Sequence record: MK327941.1
DNA: 64,000 bases
From: Escherichia phage vB_EcoM_G37-3
Reading direction: 5' to 3' (one strand)
The position numbers were made by a program, and so were the translations under genes. This document shows, in pieces, positions 45,941-56,002 of the stretch (positions within the stretch are counted from its first letter, which is position 1; each line of letters starts with the position of its first letter). A model generated the notes under the pieces. That model was not told where the DNA came from. It was given only the letters and a program-made list of their open reading frames with translations, and ran no database searches.

Positions 45941-46270
45941 TCAAATCAGTTTGAAATAGTTTTCGTTTACATTTTCTTCTGTGATTGCTGTCTTAAATTC
46001 TTGACCGTTATCCGGTGTGATGAAATAACGGTCAGAATAATCACGAAAACGTTTTAAGTGAGATACCCCAACATTAACACCATTTTCCCAAAAACGAAAG
46101 GTAATCATTTTTGGTTCATATCGATAGTCGCTGGTTAACACAGTACCATCACCGCGACGGGCTTCATAAACCGTAATACATTCACGATTAGCGGCTTTAA
46201 GGCATTCTTCAATAGTGCCGCATGAGATAATACTTACTTTTTCATCTACGATTTGTTCTACAGTCCACAT
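45941..46270 (-). CDS. Hypothetical protein
   Basis: Start ATG 46270 with GAGGAT RBS; sigma70-like promoter upstream. Confidence 0.5.
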   Translation of the reverse strand: MWTVEQIVDEKVSIISCGTIEECLKAANRECITVYEARRGDGTVLTSDYRYEPKMITFRFWENGVNVGVSHLKRFRDYSDRYFITPDNGQEFKTAITEENVNENYFKLI

Positions 46271-46317
46271 AATATAATCCTCTCTTTGTTTCGATATGTG
46301 CATTATACACTATTGCG

Positions 46318-47541
46318 TTACGCTGTCAACTCTTTTTCAAAAGATTTTACGATATACATGATGGTGCTCAATTCGGACGGCGCTACTGTCTCTGTGTAGC
46401 CATCCGGCATATCTTCTTTCGAGATATAGGAAGTTTTACCTTTCATTGCTTCCTTGATTTTGTTCTCTAATTCTAAGATCTTTTGACCGTCTTGTAAAGT
46501 CAATTCATAAAAGATCTCATGATCGAACTTTGAAACACGAGATTGGTTTCTCATGCGCTCATGTGTTTCTTTGTTTGTTATTCCAAATTTCACGCCAACA
46601 AAGGAATCATTGTTGGTTAATTTCTGTATATAAAGAGTTCCTGTCTTTAATGCCTGATAACCATGCTTAGAACACAACGGGCAGCGTGTTCCGCGATTAA
46701 CAAAATTATCAATAGTTACATCCCATTCATGGTTACGTTCGCATGTCAGAAGTATTCTTGTTAATGCACCTTTCCACTTTCCTGAAATCCCAATAAATTT
46801 TAGTCTGTTGGTTTCGCATATTTTTTTAATTTGTTTTAATCGGTCACTTTTTGTTATTGGTGCTGTTCCGCTACATTTGCGACACCGACGACCTAGTTTG
46901 AACTTATCATAACTTTGTTCGTAAATGTGATTATTAGGACACTCAAATTTAAGTTTAGTTTTTGTTCCTCTCCATTCCCCAATTATACCCAAAAATTTAT
47001 AATCTCCTTTATTTTCATTTATATAAGATAAGGAATCTTCTTTATCATGCATCTTGCCCCCGTTACATAAAGGACATCTTGTTTTTTGATGAATGAAATC
47101 TGTATATGTTGGTTGGTATGTGTGTCCGTTTGTACAGTTCATAATGAGTCTTGTTCTGCTATTTTTATACTCCCCACCAACAAAACCAACAAATACATCG
47201 TTTGTTTCTTGTTTTATTCTTTCTATCACATTGTTTGGGTTTAATCTTTGAGAATCAACCACACATTTCTTACACGAAACTTTTTTCCTGATATTTGCTA
47301 GAGTTGATGTGTATTCATGCTTGTTATTACATAATATAAGAGCTTTTGTTTTGAGACCAGACCATTCTCCAACAAACCCCATGAAAGAATAACCAACTTC
47401 CAAACATGAATTTTTTACAACATTTTCCCAATAGAAGGGAGTTTTCGTGTTTCCTTTTATTTCTATACGAATCTCGTGTGCTTGACGTACCAACATATTT
47501 TTATCCTCCGTTGTTTCGATGATTGTATTATACATTACCAC
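46318..47541 (-). CDS. Zinc-ribbon-repeat protein with C-terminal T5orf172 (GIY-YIG-like) domain
   Basis: Four repeats of F.G..GEW.G..T...L.C...H.....Y..F....RC..C; C-terminal GTLYIQKL...VGVKFGITN..THERMRNQ. Confidence 0.5.
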   Translation of the reverse strand: MVMYNTIIETTEDKNMLVRQAHEIRIEIKGNTKTPFYWENVVKNSCLEVGYSFMGFVGEWSGLKTKALILCNNKHEYTSTLANIRKKVSCKKCVVDSQRLNPNNVIERIKQETNDVFVGFVGGEYKNSRTRLIMNCTNGHTYQPTYTDFIHQKTRCPLCNGGKMHDKEDSLSYINENKGDYKFLGIIGEWRGTKTKLKFECPNNHIYEQSYDKFKLGRRCRKCSGTAPITKSDRLKQIKKICETNRLKFIGISGKWKGALTRILLTCERNHEWDVTIDNFVNRGTRCPLCSKHGYQALKTGTLYIQKLTNNDSFVGVKFGITNKETHERMRNQSRVSKFDHEIFYELTLQDGQKILELENKIKEAMKGKTSYISKEDMPDGYTETVAPSELSTIMYIVKSFEKELTA

Positions 47542-47615
47542 ATCAGCATGTCAATACATTTTCATAAAATTTTAGGCAATAAAAAAGCCTTCCCGAAGGA
47601 AGGCTTTAAAATTCA

Positions 47616-48590
47616 TTACATCCCTAACAGAGCGTCAAGATCATCCAGATCAGAAGCGGAGGAAGTACCGCCACCCAGGTCCAGAGATGCCATCAGATCA
47701 TCAGCGGAAGAATCTAACGCCGTGCTAGCTGCGTTAATACCAACTACAGTGCTAACCGCGTTAATACCAGCATCGAATGCATTCATCTGTGCGTCAAAAT
47801 CGTCAAGCTGGCTGTTAATCGCTGCCGCAGCACTGGAAGCCGCAGCACCAGCTACCATAGACACACCCATAGTTTTCTTAAATTTGGTTTCCAGTTCATC
47901 GAACGGTTTAAACTGGCTAGGCGCTACAATCTCACTCAGGTCAACCATGTTTTCCATCAGATATTTCTGATATGCTTCGTCTTCAATTTTCGGAAGCTGT
48001 GATTGCTGCATGAAACGAGAATCATCATAGTTCTGGTGTTTATCAACCTTCTTAGCTTTCAGGAGGAAGTTAGCACCGGAGAACACACAAGTTACATCTA
48101 CCGGAACTTCGCCCATATCGGTATTCACGTTCACCATTGCAACGATCTTATCATAAATTTTCTGACCGAAGCGGAATTTGAATACCTTACCTTCATTTTC
48201 TGGTGCTTGAGGATCTTTCAGTACCAGAATATTTGCGTAGTAAGAGGCTTTACGCTTAATCAGTTGCCATTCGGTTTTATCGGTATTGTACAGGTCTTTT
48301 TCGTTAATATATTTGCACACAGGGCAAGAATCAAAATCACCGTGGGTGCTTGAGCAGTTTTCCCAATACCATTTACCATTAACTTTGAAGGAATGGTTTA
48401 CCAGTTTCACAATCGGCAGACCGTCTTCTGTCTTAGACGGCAGGAAGCGAATCAGGGCTTCACCGTTACCTGCTGCATCAGTCTTAATCTTCCACTCTTT
48501 CGGATCTTCTTTGGAGAAACCGTTGCCACCTTTCAGTGCGGCCAGTTGAGCTTGCAGTTTGGAAGAATCTTGGCGTTTAAACATATTCAC
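47616..48590 (-). CDS. 32: Single-stranded DNA-binding protein gp32
   Basis: Strong match to T4 gp32 ([49 protein letters not shown]). Confidence 0.95.
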   Translation of the reverse strand: MNMFKRQDSSKLQAQLAALKGGNGFSKEDPKEWKIKTDAAGNGEALIRFLPSKTEDGLPIVKLVNHSFKVNGKWYWENCSSTHGDFDSCPVCKYINEKDLYNTDKTEWQLIKRKASYYANILVLKDPQAPENEGKVFKFRFGQKIYDKIVAMVNVNTDMGEVPVDVTCVFSGANFLLKAKKVDKHQNYDDSRFMQQSQLPKIEDEAYQKYLMENMVDLSEIVAPSQFKPFDELETKFKKTMGVSMVAGAAASSAAAAINSQLDDFDAQMNAFDAGINAVSTVVGINAASTALDSSADDLMASLDLGGGTSSASDLDDLDALLGM

Positions 48591-48620
48591 TATTCCTTCT
48601 TTTGATTAATTTACTAGACT

Positions 48621-48648
48621 ATTATACAGATTTAAATTTACTTGTCAA
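48621..48648 (-). promoter_or_regulatory. Sigma70-type promoter upstream of gene 59
   Basis: Minus strand TTGACA-N16-TATAAT. Confidence 0.5.
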
Positions 48649-49325
48649 CTATTTGTTTCGGCTTTTAATTGAGATATTTCTTTACACTCTTTAACTACTT
48701 TAACAAATAATGCTCTTGCTTTTGCGGCGTCAATAACAAGTAGTTTCTTGTACGCCTTCATTTTAACACTATAAGTTTGCCAAATCAAGTCTTTGGCTAC
48801 CTTGTCGTGTTCGTCGATTATATTTAGAAAGCTATCTAACAACATAAACGACTCAAACGATATAATCCGATTTTGCAGTAGTTTAAAGATACCGCTAGTT
48901 TCGGTTGCGGGATTGTATGTAATTAGCTCTTTAAGAGTAACCCCGCGTTTCTCTGAGAAGTATACCAGACTTTTAATGTCATCGTCAAATCGTGTTGCTG
49001 CATCGGTTATCTTTCCTATGTATTCCATATAAAAGCCGTATGCGTCAACATCAGTGATTTCACCTACCCATGCATCGGTATTAGCTACCAGATTGCTTAG
49101 GAATAGGAAGTATAATTCTCTTAGATTGTACTTTTCCGCTAATTTTGCGAAATAATACTTATCTCTGCGTTTATTGAATGCGGCATCAGACAACCGCATC
49201 CTCCAATTGTATTTTACGCAATCATAACGCCCGTTCATGTGAGCTTTCATCATGCAATATAACATATACACAGATTTAGCATTAATTCGCATATCTGGAT
49301 CTGGAGGAAGACGGTTTCTGATCAT
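48645..49325 (-). CDS. 59: Helicase loader gp59
   Basis: Matches T4 gp59 (KSVYMLY...HMNGRYD..KYNW.MR.SDAA..KRRDKY.F.KL). Confidence 0.9.
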   Translation of the reverse strand: MIRNRLPPDPDMRINAKSVYMLYCMMKAHMNGRYDCVKYNWRMRLSDAAFNKRRDKYYFAKLAEKYNLRELYFLFLSNLVANTDAWVGEITDVDAYGFYMEYIGKITDAATRFDDDIKSLVYFSEKRGVTLKELITYNPATETSGIFKLLQNRIISFESFMLLDSFLNIIDEHDKVAKDLIWQTYSVKMKAYKKLLVIDAAKARALFVKVVKECKEISQLKAETNS

Positions 49326-49334
49326 ACATACCCC

Positions 49335-49604
49335 TTAAATATCGAGAGTGTTTGTCGGTTCGTCGATCACTCCCTTCCTGAGCGTTCTATTTACTATACA
49401 TTCTTGTGTGATCTTGTCAATAATGGACACTGGAATATATTTCTGATAGTGACCATATTCGATAGAGTTTTCCTCTACAAACTGCGTTGTCGCTTCAAGA
49501 TAAGTCAATCCATCTTCAACAACCAGTTTTTCGATTGCAAGACCGTTTGCTGTTTTATTCGCGGCTTTTACCGCATGTTCATTAAGCATTGAACACCCGA
49601 TCAT
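49335..49604 (-). CDS. 33: Putative late-transcription accessory protein gp33
   Basis: Assigned by synteny (between 59 and dsbA) and size only. Confidence 0.4.
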   Translation of the reverse strand: MIGCSMLNEHAVKAANKTANGLAIEKLVVEDGLTYLEATTQFVEENSIEYGHYQKYIPVSIIDKITQECIVNRTLRKGVIDEPTNTLDI

Positions 49605-49857
49605 AGAGTTCTACCGCTTCGTCGCGTTCTGCTTCGAAGGTTTCGCGCTGTTGCTGGTGATACAGTTTAAACAGAATGCCCCACATTTTACCATCTACGC
49701 CTAATTCTTCTTTAGCACGCTGTTTGATCTCTTTGATCTTATCGCCATATGCTTCTTGAATGGTTTTCTGATCGCTGGCTTCTTTAATCAGTTGTGCCAG
49801 GGTATTTCCGTGTACATTTTCATCGAATACTACTTTTTCTTTTTTCTGTTCAGTCAT
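49582..49857 (-). CDS. dsbA: Putative DsbA (dsDNA-binding late transcription protein)
   Basis: 91 aa (T4 DsbA 89 aa); synteny only. Confidence 0.45.
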   Translation of the reverse strand: MTEQKKEKVVFDENVHGNTLAQLIKEASDQKTIQEAYGDKIKEIKQRAKEELGVDGKMWGILFKLYHQQQRETFEAERDEAVELYDRVFNA

Positions 49858-49862
49858 AATAT

Positions 49863-50459
49863 TTAACCCTCTTTCGTCATTAATTGAAAACCACGTTCAG
49901 CTTTTGAGATTTCGCTAGGACTTAAATCGTCACCCACATATTCTAGCATCATTTCTCGGATAATGTCAAGTGCTTTTTCATCACCTGATTTTAACTCGAA
50001 CTCAAGTTCATAGTGAGCGTCTCCCATTACTTCGCCGACTTTGCAATAATAGAAAGTGTCTTTGCACATTTCCACTATAGCACCCTCAAGGTCAAGTGTC
50101 AATGACTTGCGGTATGTCATGACTTGCAGTAAAGGAACGATAAGGTCGGAGTTTACGCCTAGACTATCAACATAGTGATAGAAATCATCCATTGTTGAAA
50201 AAGTAATTTCTTCTCGGTTGAAGAGTCCAGATTCACTATCACCTATTTTGACCATGATCAATGATCTATTAACGTCAAGTCGAGCATAAATTCCTTTTCG
50301 ACGCAGTGCATGATCTTCGGTATCATAATAAAATTCGTGTTTTAGAGTGTTAGCACGATCTACTAGATTGCACCCGTCATACATTGCCACCCACAAATCA
50401 CAGATGGTTTCGACGCCAATTTGTGAGTGTGCATAGTATTTTAATTCAAGTTCTTTCAT
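49863..50459 (-). CDS. CYTH-like (triphosphate tunnel metalloenzyme-like) protein
   Basis: N-terminal MKELELKYY (ExExK-type strand) and later ELEFELK; inserted between dsbA and rnh relative to T4. Confidence 0.35.
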   Translation of the reverse strand: MKELELKYYAHSQIGVETICDLWVAMYDGCNLVDRANTLKHEFYYDTEDHALRRKGIYARLDVNRSLIMVKIGDSESGLFNREEITFSTMDDFYHYVDSLGVNSDLIVPLLQVMTYRKSLTLDLEGAIVEMCKDTFYYCKVGEVMGDAHYELEFELKSGDEKALDIIREMMLEYVGDDLSPSEISKAERGFQLMTKEG

Positions 50460-50469
50460 CTGTCAACCC

Positions 50470-51417
50470 TTAGAACTCACCAATTTTCTGCAACATTTTA
50501 ACTAACGCATTTGTTACAAAATAGTTATAAATTTTACCGCGTGGTGCTGGTTTAGATTTCTCCCATGCTAACAAAATTTCATATTCGATGTTATCGGGAA
50601 TAAATTCAAAATCAATAAGTTCGCGGTTTTCGTCAAAGCGTCGTGCTTCTTCCTCTGTCATCAAAGACTTTGGATCTTCGGCATCGAAAATTTGCTCTAA
50701 CCATTTGGTTGCAATTGGTTTAGCTCGTTCTCCTTCAAGTCGTGAGATAATGAAATCACTACGGCACTTGATCGAAGCTACACCGTCTTTTGCGTCACCC
50801 TTAACACATTTTACCATAAGGTCTTTGTAAGGGCTACCATATTTGCATTTCTTCCATGCTTTCTGTACTGGCGCCCACTGTTTCACGTTTTTGTATTTGT
50901 GCAACTGTGTGTAGTCACCATCGCCGGAGTTGATTAGCACCTGACGACCTTCTACAGAAAACTTTTTAGTTAATACAGCGATTATATCATCCGCTTCAAC
51001 TTTGTCAACCTTAATAACGTGATAAGGCATGTTCTCTTTAAACTCTTCGGTGATCTTATTGATCGCAGCAAAGATCATCTCCCAATCACGCGGATCTGCG
51101 TCTCGTTTTTCCTTACGGTTGCGTTTATAGTAAGGGGCGATATCACGTCGCCAGTAACCTTTACTTGAATCAAAGGCAAGTACCGTAATAGGGTATTGCT
51201 CTTTGAATTTTGTCATATTATAACGCATGGTGTCAAGGATAAGATGACGGATCATGCCTTCATTAATAGGATCTTCCGGTTTAAAGGTATGCGAGATAGT
51301 AGCAATCATAAGCTGCGACATATCAATCAAATGCACACCTTCCGGCAGTTTATCTTCTGGATCATCGAAGAAATCATTAAGTGTAGCGGTAGTTTTTGTA
51401 AACGGGTTATACGTCAT
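50470..51417 (-). CDS. rnh: RNase H (5-3 exonuclease)
   Basis: Matches T4 RNase H (GYWRRD.A.YYK.NR, SGDGD.TQLHKY.NVKQW, PPRGKIY.YFV). Confidence 0.9.
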   Translation of the reverse strand: MTYNPFTKTTATLNDFFDDPEDKLPEGVHLIDMSQLMIATISHTFKPEDPINEGMIRHLILDTMRYNMTKFKEQYPITVLAFDSSKGYWRRDIAPYYKRNRKEKRDADPRDWEMIFAAINKITEEFKENMPYHVIKVDKVEADDIIAVLTKKFSVEGRQVLINSGDGDYTQLHKYKNVKQWAPVQKAWKKCKYGSPYKDLMVKCVKGDAKDGVASIKCRSDFIISRLEGERAKPIATKWLEQIFDAEDPKSLMTEEEARRFDENRELIDFEFIPDNIEYEILLAWEKSKPAPRGKIYNYFVTNALVKMLQKIGEF

Positions 51418-51419
51418 AA

Positions 51420-51605
51420 TTAAGTTCTCTCCACTCTCACAACAACATATTCGCCAAACGAGTTAGATACTTCACGATCATACCCGTATTTCTCCATAAC
51501 TCGCAGAATTGCATTGTTTAGTTCTGCGCGAAAATAATTATAATCCTTATCAGGTATTCTGTCAACTATCCATTTTGCACCGTCTGACAAATCAAATTTA
51601 ACCAT
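51420..51605 (-). CDS. Hypothetical protein
   Basis: 61 aa. Confidence 0.45.
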   Translation of the reverse strand: MVKFDLSDGAKWIVDRIPDKDYNYFRAELNNAILRVMEKYGYDREVSNSFGEYVVVRVERT

Positions 51606-51611
51606 AATATA

Positions 51612-52193
51612 TCATCCTCTTTTTGGAAAATTTAAATAAGCATACTCGCCAACTATTTCATGTGCTGCACGGTCATAAGCCTTAGCCGCCTCAACTTCTG
51701 TCTCAAAGTATCCTAGATGTATATTCTTTCGATTGATAACAATATACGCCTTCCACGGCTTTTTCTTGCTTGGTGATAATGATACACCTTTATATTTGCT
51801 ATGGCAAGCCTTTTTCTTTGAGACGTTAAACTGATTTTGCTGTTCGGTTGCTTCTCTCATGTTTGACGGTCTATTGTTAGTTTTGTCTTGGTCTATGTGA
51901 TCTATTCGTTCAACCTGAGTACCATACTCTAAAAACCAGACAACTCTATGTACAAACAGATTAAGTTTATGACCATTGTTGTAAAATGTAAAGTATAAAT
52001 ATCCTTCTTTATGGAGACATACCCTTACCACATCACCTTTTTTGTATATGGACCCTTCTTTTCGGAATCCAGCAGCTACAGAATCCTTTAAATGGTATAA
52101 TATTCCATCGACATGATAGAATCTACCTTTTATCGCTTTCTGTGTCTCGATATCCCAAAATTTTGTTTTTGCCACAACAAACACCTCACACAA
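51612..52193 (-). CDS. HNH-AP2 homing endonuclease
   Basis: HRVVWFLEYG...IDHIDQDKTNNR (HNH) and YKGVS...GYFETEVEAAKAYD (AP2); between rnh and gene 34. Confidence 0.6.
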   Translation of the reverse strand: MCEVFVVAKTKFWDIETQKAIKGRFYHVDGILYHLKDSVAAGFRKEGSIYKKGDVVRVCLHKEGYLYFTFYNNGHKLNLFVHRVVWFLEYGTQVERIDHIDQDKTNNRPSNMREATEQQNQFNVSKKKACHSKYKGVSLSPSKKKPWKAYIVINRKNIHLGYFETEVEAAKAYDRAAHEIVGEYAYLNFPKRG

Positions 52194-52227
52194 TAAATAA
52201 TTTCATATTATAACAGGAGACCCAATA

Positions 52228-55200
52228 ATGGCAGATTTTTCTCAACATTTCAAGGCCACCTTTGGCTTTGACGCTGGTAATGAAAAGGTCGTCAATGTAG
52301 CATACGCAGATAAAAACACATCAACGGATGCGGTCAACGTTGAATTTTTCAATTACCATAATGGTATTACTCAGTATGACACAACTCGCGGTTATGATCA
52401 ATACGGAACTACAATCTATCAAAACCGTCCGTATTATGCAAAAGAAGATATCACAAAGCCAGCGGGTGATTTTGACCCGACGAAATGGCAAGCACTGCGC
52501 AACGATCCACGTTGGGATTATATTGCAGCAACTTCCGGTGATACTCCTTTAAAGTCTGGTGATTATATCGCAGCAGATGGTCAATTTGCAAACTTGACTT
52601 TCTCTATGCCAAACAAACCAGCAGAGGGAGACACTATAACAGTAAAAGATATCGGTGGCAAGTGTGGTGTTAACGAATTATCGTTCTTGAGTTCAGGGCA
52701 TGAGTTTTACCATAACGGTAATGTGTATAACCGAAAATGGTATTGCACTACCCCGTATGCAATGAACTATTTCATCTTTGTTCGTAATCGTTGGCATGTT
52801 TATCAGACAGGAACAGAGCCACGCGGTGTGTACGCACAGCCAGCGATTGATGCTATTCAAATGCAGAATGGTGATCAGGTATTTCGTCGTAGTTCGTTGG
52901 GTAATATTACCTTAGTGCTTCCTAAGTTTGCCAACAATGGCGACATGATCCAGACTACAGATCTTGACGGGTTAACCGCAACCAACCACGTTACGGTTAA
53001 AGTTCATGAGCACGCAGAAGAACAATCAATTGGCACGTCCGGTCTAAAAGAGATTATCGGTAAGCGTAGCGGTCATGGTGTATTCATATTTGACAAACCG
53101 GAAAACTTATGGCGTTTGTGGGATGGTGATCAGTCTGTTCGCTTGAATCCTATCATTAGTGATACTCGCTTATCCCCTAATAGCTATGTTGCAGTATTTG
53201 GTGATCGTGATGTTGCCTTGACTTTACCGACCAATGTCGAGCCGGGTGATCGCATTCAAGTTTCTATGCAGTATATGCACGGAAACCAGACTTGCCGAAT
53301 CATTACCTCAGAAGAGGATACAAAAATCCTTATGCAGAAAAACATGGTTCAGTTTCCTAAGCGTAGCGAGTACCCATTCAATGGGACCGATACATGGACG
53401 GGAGTATCTGAATTGTCTTTCAACGCTGCAAATGATTATGTACCTTATCTGGAGTTCTCTTATTCAGAAGGTGATGATGGTAAGAAATACTGGTTGGTGG
53501 CACATGCTCACCCGATTGTAGAACGAGTAGATCCGACTCGTAAAGATCGTGTTGGTGTAATTGCACTGGCTACCCAGGATGAAACAAACAAAAACCATGA
53601 AGATAATCCTAGCGACGAAGTTGCGGTGACTCCAAAGGTTCTGGCTAACAAAACAGCCAACGAAACTCGACGCGGTATTGCTCGCATTGCGACTCAAGCG
53701 GAAACGCATCAAGATACTGGTTCCAGCTTCCTGGATGATGTTATCGTTACGCCTAAAAAGTTAAATGATTGTGTTGCTACCGAAGCCCGTCGTGGTGTAA
53801 TGGAAATTGCAACTCAACATGAAACCAACGAAGGTTTAGACGATACTCGCGCAATAACTCCTAAGAAGTTAGAAGAACGTCGCGCTTCCGAAGATCTCGC
53901 TGGTATTGCTGAAATTGTTCAGGTTGGCGGTAGTGCTGCCACTCGACGTGGCGAAGCTGGTACAGGGATCTATAACATCAACGACCATGCTAAAATTGTT
54001 ACGCCACAAAACATCAACGAAGTCAAGGCGACCGAAACTTCCCGTGGTGTTGGCTATCTGGCAACTGACGCGGAAGTGCAAGGGGCTACAGAATCAACCC
54101 CGCAAGATGCTTTACTAATCACGACTCGCACGCTAACGAAGCGTACTGCTACAGAATCGCGTACTGGTATCGCTGAAATTGCAACTCAGGAAGAAACAAA
54201 CTTAGGTCAAAGTGATAACCATATCATCACGCCTAAAAAGCTGCATACTCGCCGCGCAACGGAAACTTTACACGGTTTAGCAGAAATTGCAACTCAGTCG
54301 GAATTTGACGCAGGTCGTGACGATGCTCGCATTTCTACCCCATTGAAGATTAAAACCTTCTTTGAGAATGCACAGCGTTTGAAAGTAGATCCGACTCAGG
54401 GGCTTAACCTTACGGGTGACTTGTGGCAAGGTATCACGATCAGCGGTCTTGATGCAACCGAAGACACAAAAGGTGTCGCTAAAGTTGCTACTACTCAGCT
54501 TACGGATGTTGGTCAAGATGATACTACAATCATCACGCCTAAAAAGCTGCAAGGCAAAAAAGCCACCGAAGGTAAAGAAGGTATTATCCGCGTTGGTACT
54601 CAAGCCGAAACCGTGGCTGGTACACTGGCTAATGTAGCAATTTCTCCGAAGAACTTCAAATATGTTGTTCAGACAGAGGATACATGGAAAGCAACCGAAG
54701 CTCGTCGTGGATTCTTGAAAGTTGCTACTCAGGAAAACTGTTTTGTTGGTGATAATCTGCAAGGTTCTACTCAAGAACTAGGAAACTACCAGCATGACGG
54801 AATTGCTGTTACCCCTAAAGGATTAAACTACGCACTTGCTAATTTCTTACCTAAGATGGCAACTGCCCAGAATAGTTTGAAATTGGGTAACGTAGATGCC
54901 GCTAAATGGGCGCGTAGAGACATTGACCAGACCATTGAGAGCAATTACACGTTTAATAAAAACGTTAACGTGAAGGGCGATTTAGAGTGCTTAAAATCAG
55001 GTTCCTTTGAAACTCTGTTTGTGACTAAGAACTCGACTGATGATCCGAGTAATGGTCATCTGGTGTTGGGTGAGCGTGGAGTTGACGGTCACACCGGAAT
55101 TACTCTGCATGGCACAACCGCATCGGAAGGCATGGAAAACTCATGGTCTATTATCGTTGGTGGCACTGGAACATCTCAAGTTGTTGATAGTAATGCTATC

Positions 55201-55968
55201 GCTTTCGGTAAAATCAATGATGGTGGAGTCGTCGAGCATTACGCCTTTGCTATGGAACACAATGGCGACGCGACAGCATATAGAGACTTTATTGCAGGTC
55301 GTAACCTGTATGCGAAACAAGGCGGTTTATACATTGTTGACCAGTCTAATCCGGCAATGACTCGTTCCCCAGATGGTATGCTGAATATCGGTCACGGTGG
55401 AAGTGTTAACATCAAGGCAGGTCATCAAACGTTAACTACAGAGATCGCCGGACAGAAATATCAGATCGTCCACGCAGGAAACGCAGACGAAGTTCTTAAC
55501 CGTCAGTTTGTTAAGAATGCTGGCGATACAATGGTCGGTAAGCTGACTATGGATAATGCGCCTATTGTTTCTGTTAAGCATGAAGCTAGCGCGGCAACCG
55601 CTCCGGCAATCAGCAACATCGGTTTCTGGAATATGCGCGTTACTACCCAGAACATCAAAGAAACTTATCCAGAGAAGAAAAACGGTACTCTGATGCAATG
55701 GGGTACTGACGCGGACGGGCTTACCCAGCTTTGGTCCCCCGATGGTACTCATAAACATTATATCCGTTCCGGTACTGGTGGTCAATGGACCGCATGGGGT
55801 GAAATTTACACCAAACAGAATAAGCCTACCGCTCAGGAAATCGGGGCAGTAGTTGCAGAAGGTGGTTTAATGAACTCTATGACGGTTCGTGACTGGATCA
55901 AAGTTGGTAATGTTAAAATCATCGCCAATAATCTGACTCGTACCGTAGACTTTATCTGGGAAGACTAA
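52228..55968 (+). CDS. 34: Long tail fiber proximal subunit gp34
   Basis: 1246 aa; N-terminus matches T4 gp34 (DAG..K..NVA.AD...TD.VNV, QYD.TRGY); synteny. Confidence 0.85.
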   Translation: MADFSQHFKATFGFDAGNEKVVNVAYADKNTSTDAVNVEFFNYHNGITQYDTTRGYDQYGTTIYQNRPYYAKEDITKPAGDFDPTKWQALRNDPRWDYIAATSGDTPLKSGDYIAADGQFANLTFSMPNKPAEGDTITVKDIGGKCGVNELSFLSSGHEFYHNGNVYNRKWYCTTPYAMNYFIFVRNRWHVYQTGTEPRGVYAQPAIDAIQMQNGDQVFRRSSLGNITLVLPKFANNGDMIQTTDLDGLTATNHVTVKVHEHAEEQSIGTSGLKEIIGKRSGHGVFIFDKPENLWRLWDGDQSVRLNPIISDTRLSPNSYVAVFGDRDVALTLPTNVEPGDRIQVSMQYMHGNQTCRIITSEEDTKILMQKNMVQFPKRSEYPFNGTDTWTGVSELSFNAANDYVPYLEFSYSEGDDGKKYWLVAHAHPIVERVDPTRKDRVGVIALATQDETNKNHEDNPSDEVAVTPKVLANKTANETRRGIARIATQAETHQDTGSSFLDDVIVTPKKLNDCVATEARRGVMEIATQHETNEGLDDTRAITPKKLEERRASEDLAGIAEIVQVGGSAATRRGEAGTGIYNINDHAKIVTPQNINEVKATETSRGVGYLATDAEVQGATESTPQDALLITTRTLTKRTATESRTGIAEIATQEETNLGQSDNHIITPKKLHTRRATETLHGLAEIATQSEFDAGRDDARISTPLKIKTFFENAQRLKVDPTQGLNLTGDLWQGITISGLDATEDTKGVAKVATTQLTDVGQDDTTIITPKKLQGKKATEGKEGIIRVGTQAETVAGTLANVAISPKNFKYVVQTEDTWKATEARRGFLKVATQENCFVGDNLQGSTQELGNYQHDGIAVTPKGLNYALANFLPKMATAQNSLKLGNVDAAKWARRDIDQTIESNYTFNKNVNVKGDLECLKSGSFETLFVTKNSTDDPSNGHLVLGERGVDGHTGITLHGTTASEGMENSWSIIVGGTGTSQVVDSNAIAFGKINDGGVVEHYAFAMEHNGDATAYRDFIAGRNLYAKQGGLYIVDQSNPAMTRSPDGMLNIGHGGSVNIKAGHQTLTTEIAGQKYQIVHAGNADEVLNRQFVKNAGDTMVGKLTMDNAPIVSVKHEASAATAPAISNIGFWNMRVTTQNIKETYPEKKNGTLMQWGTDADGLTQLWSPDGTHKHYIRSGTGGQWTAWGEIYTKQNKPTAQEIGAVVAEGGLMNSMTVRDWIKVGNVKIIANNLTRTVDFIWED

Positions 55969-56002
55969 TTAAAGGGGGCGAAAGCCCCCCTATGGGGTTA
56001 TT

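Noticed and set aside
47476-48590. Several plus-strand ORFs (47476-47970, 48003-48353, 48286-48549, 48393-48605)
   Set aside because: All overlap gene 32 or the zinc-ribbon gene on the opposite strand; considered shadow ORFs.
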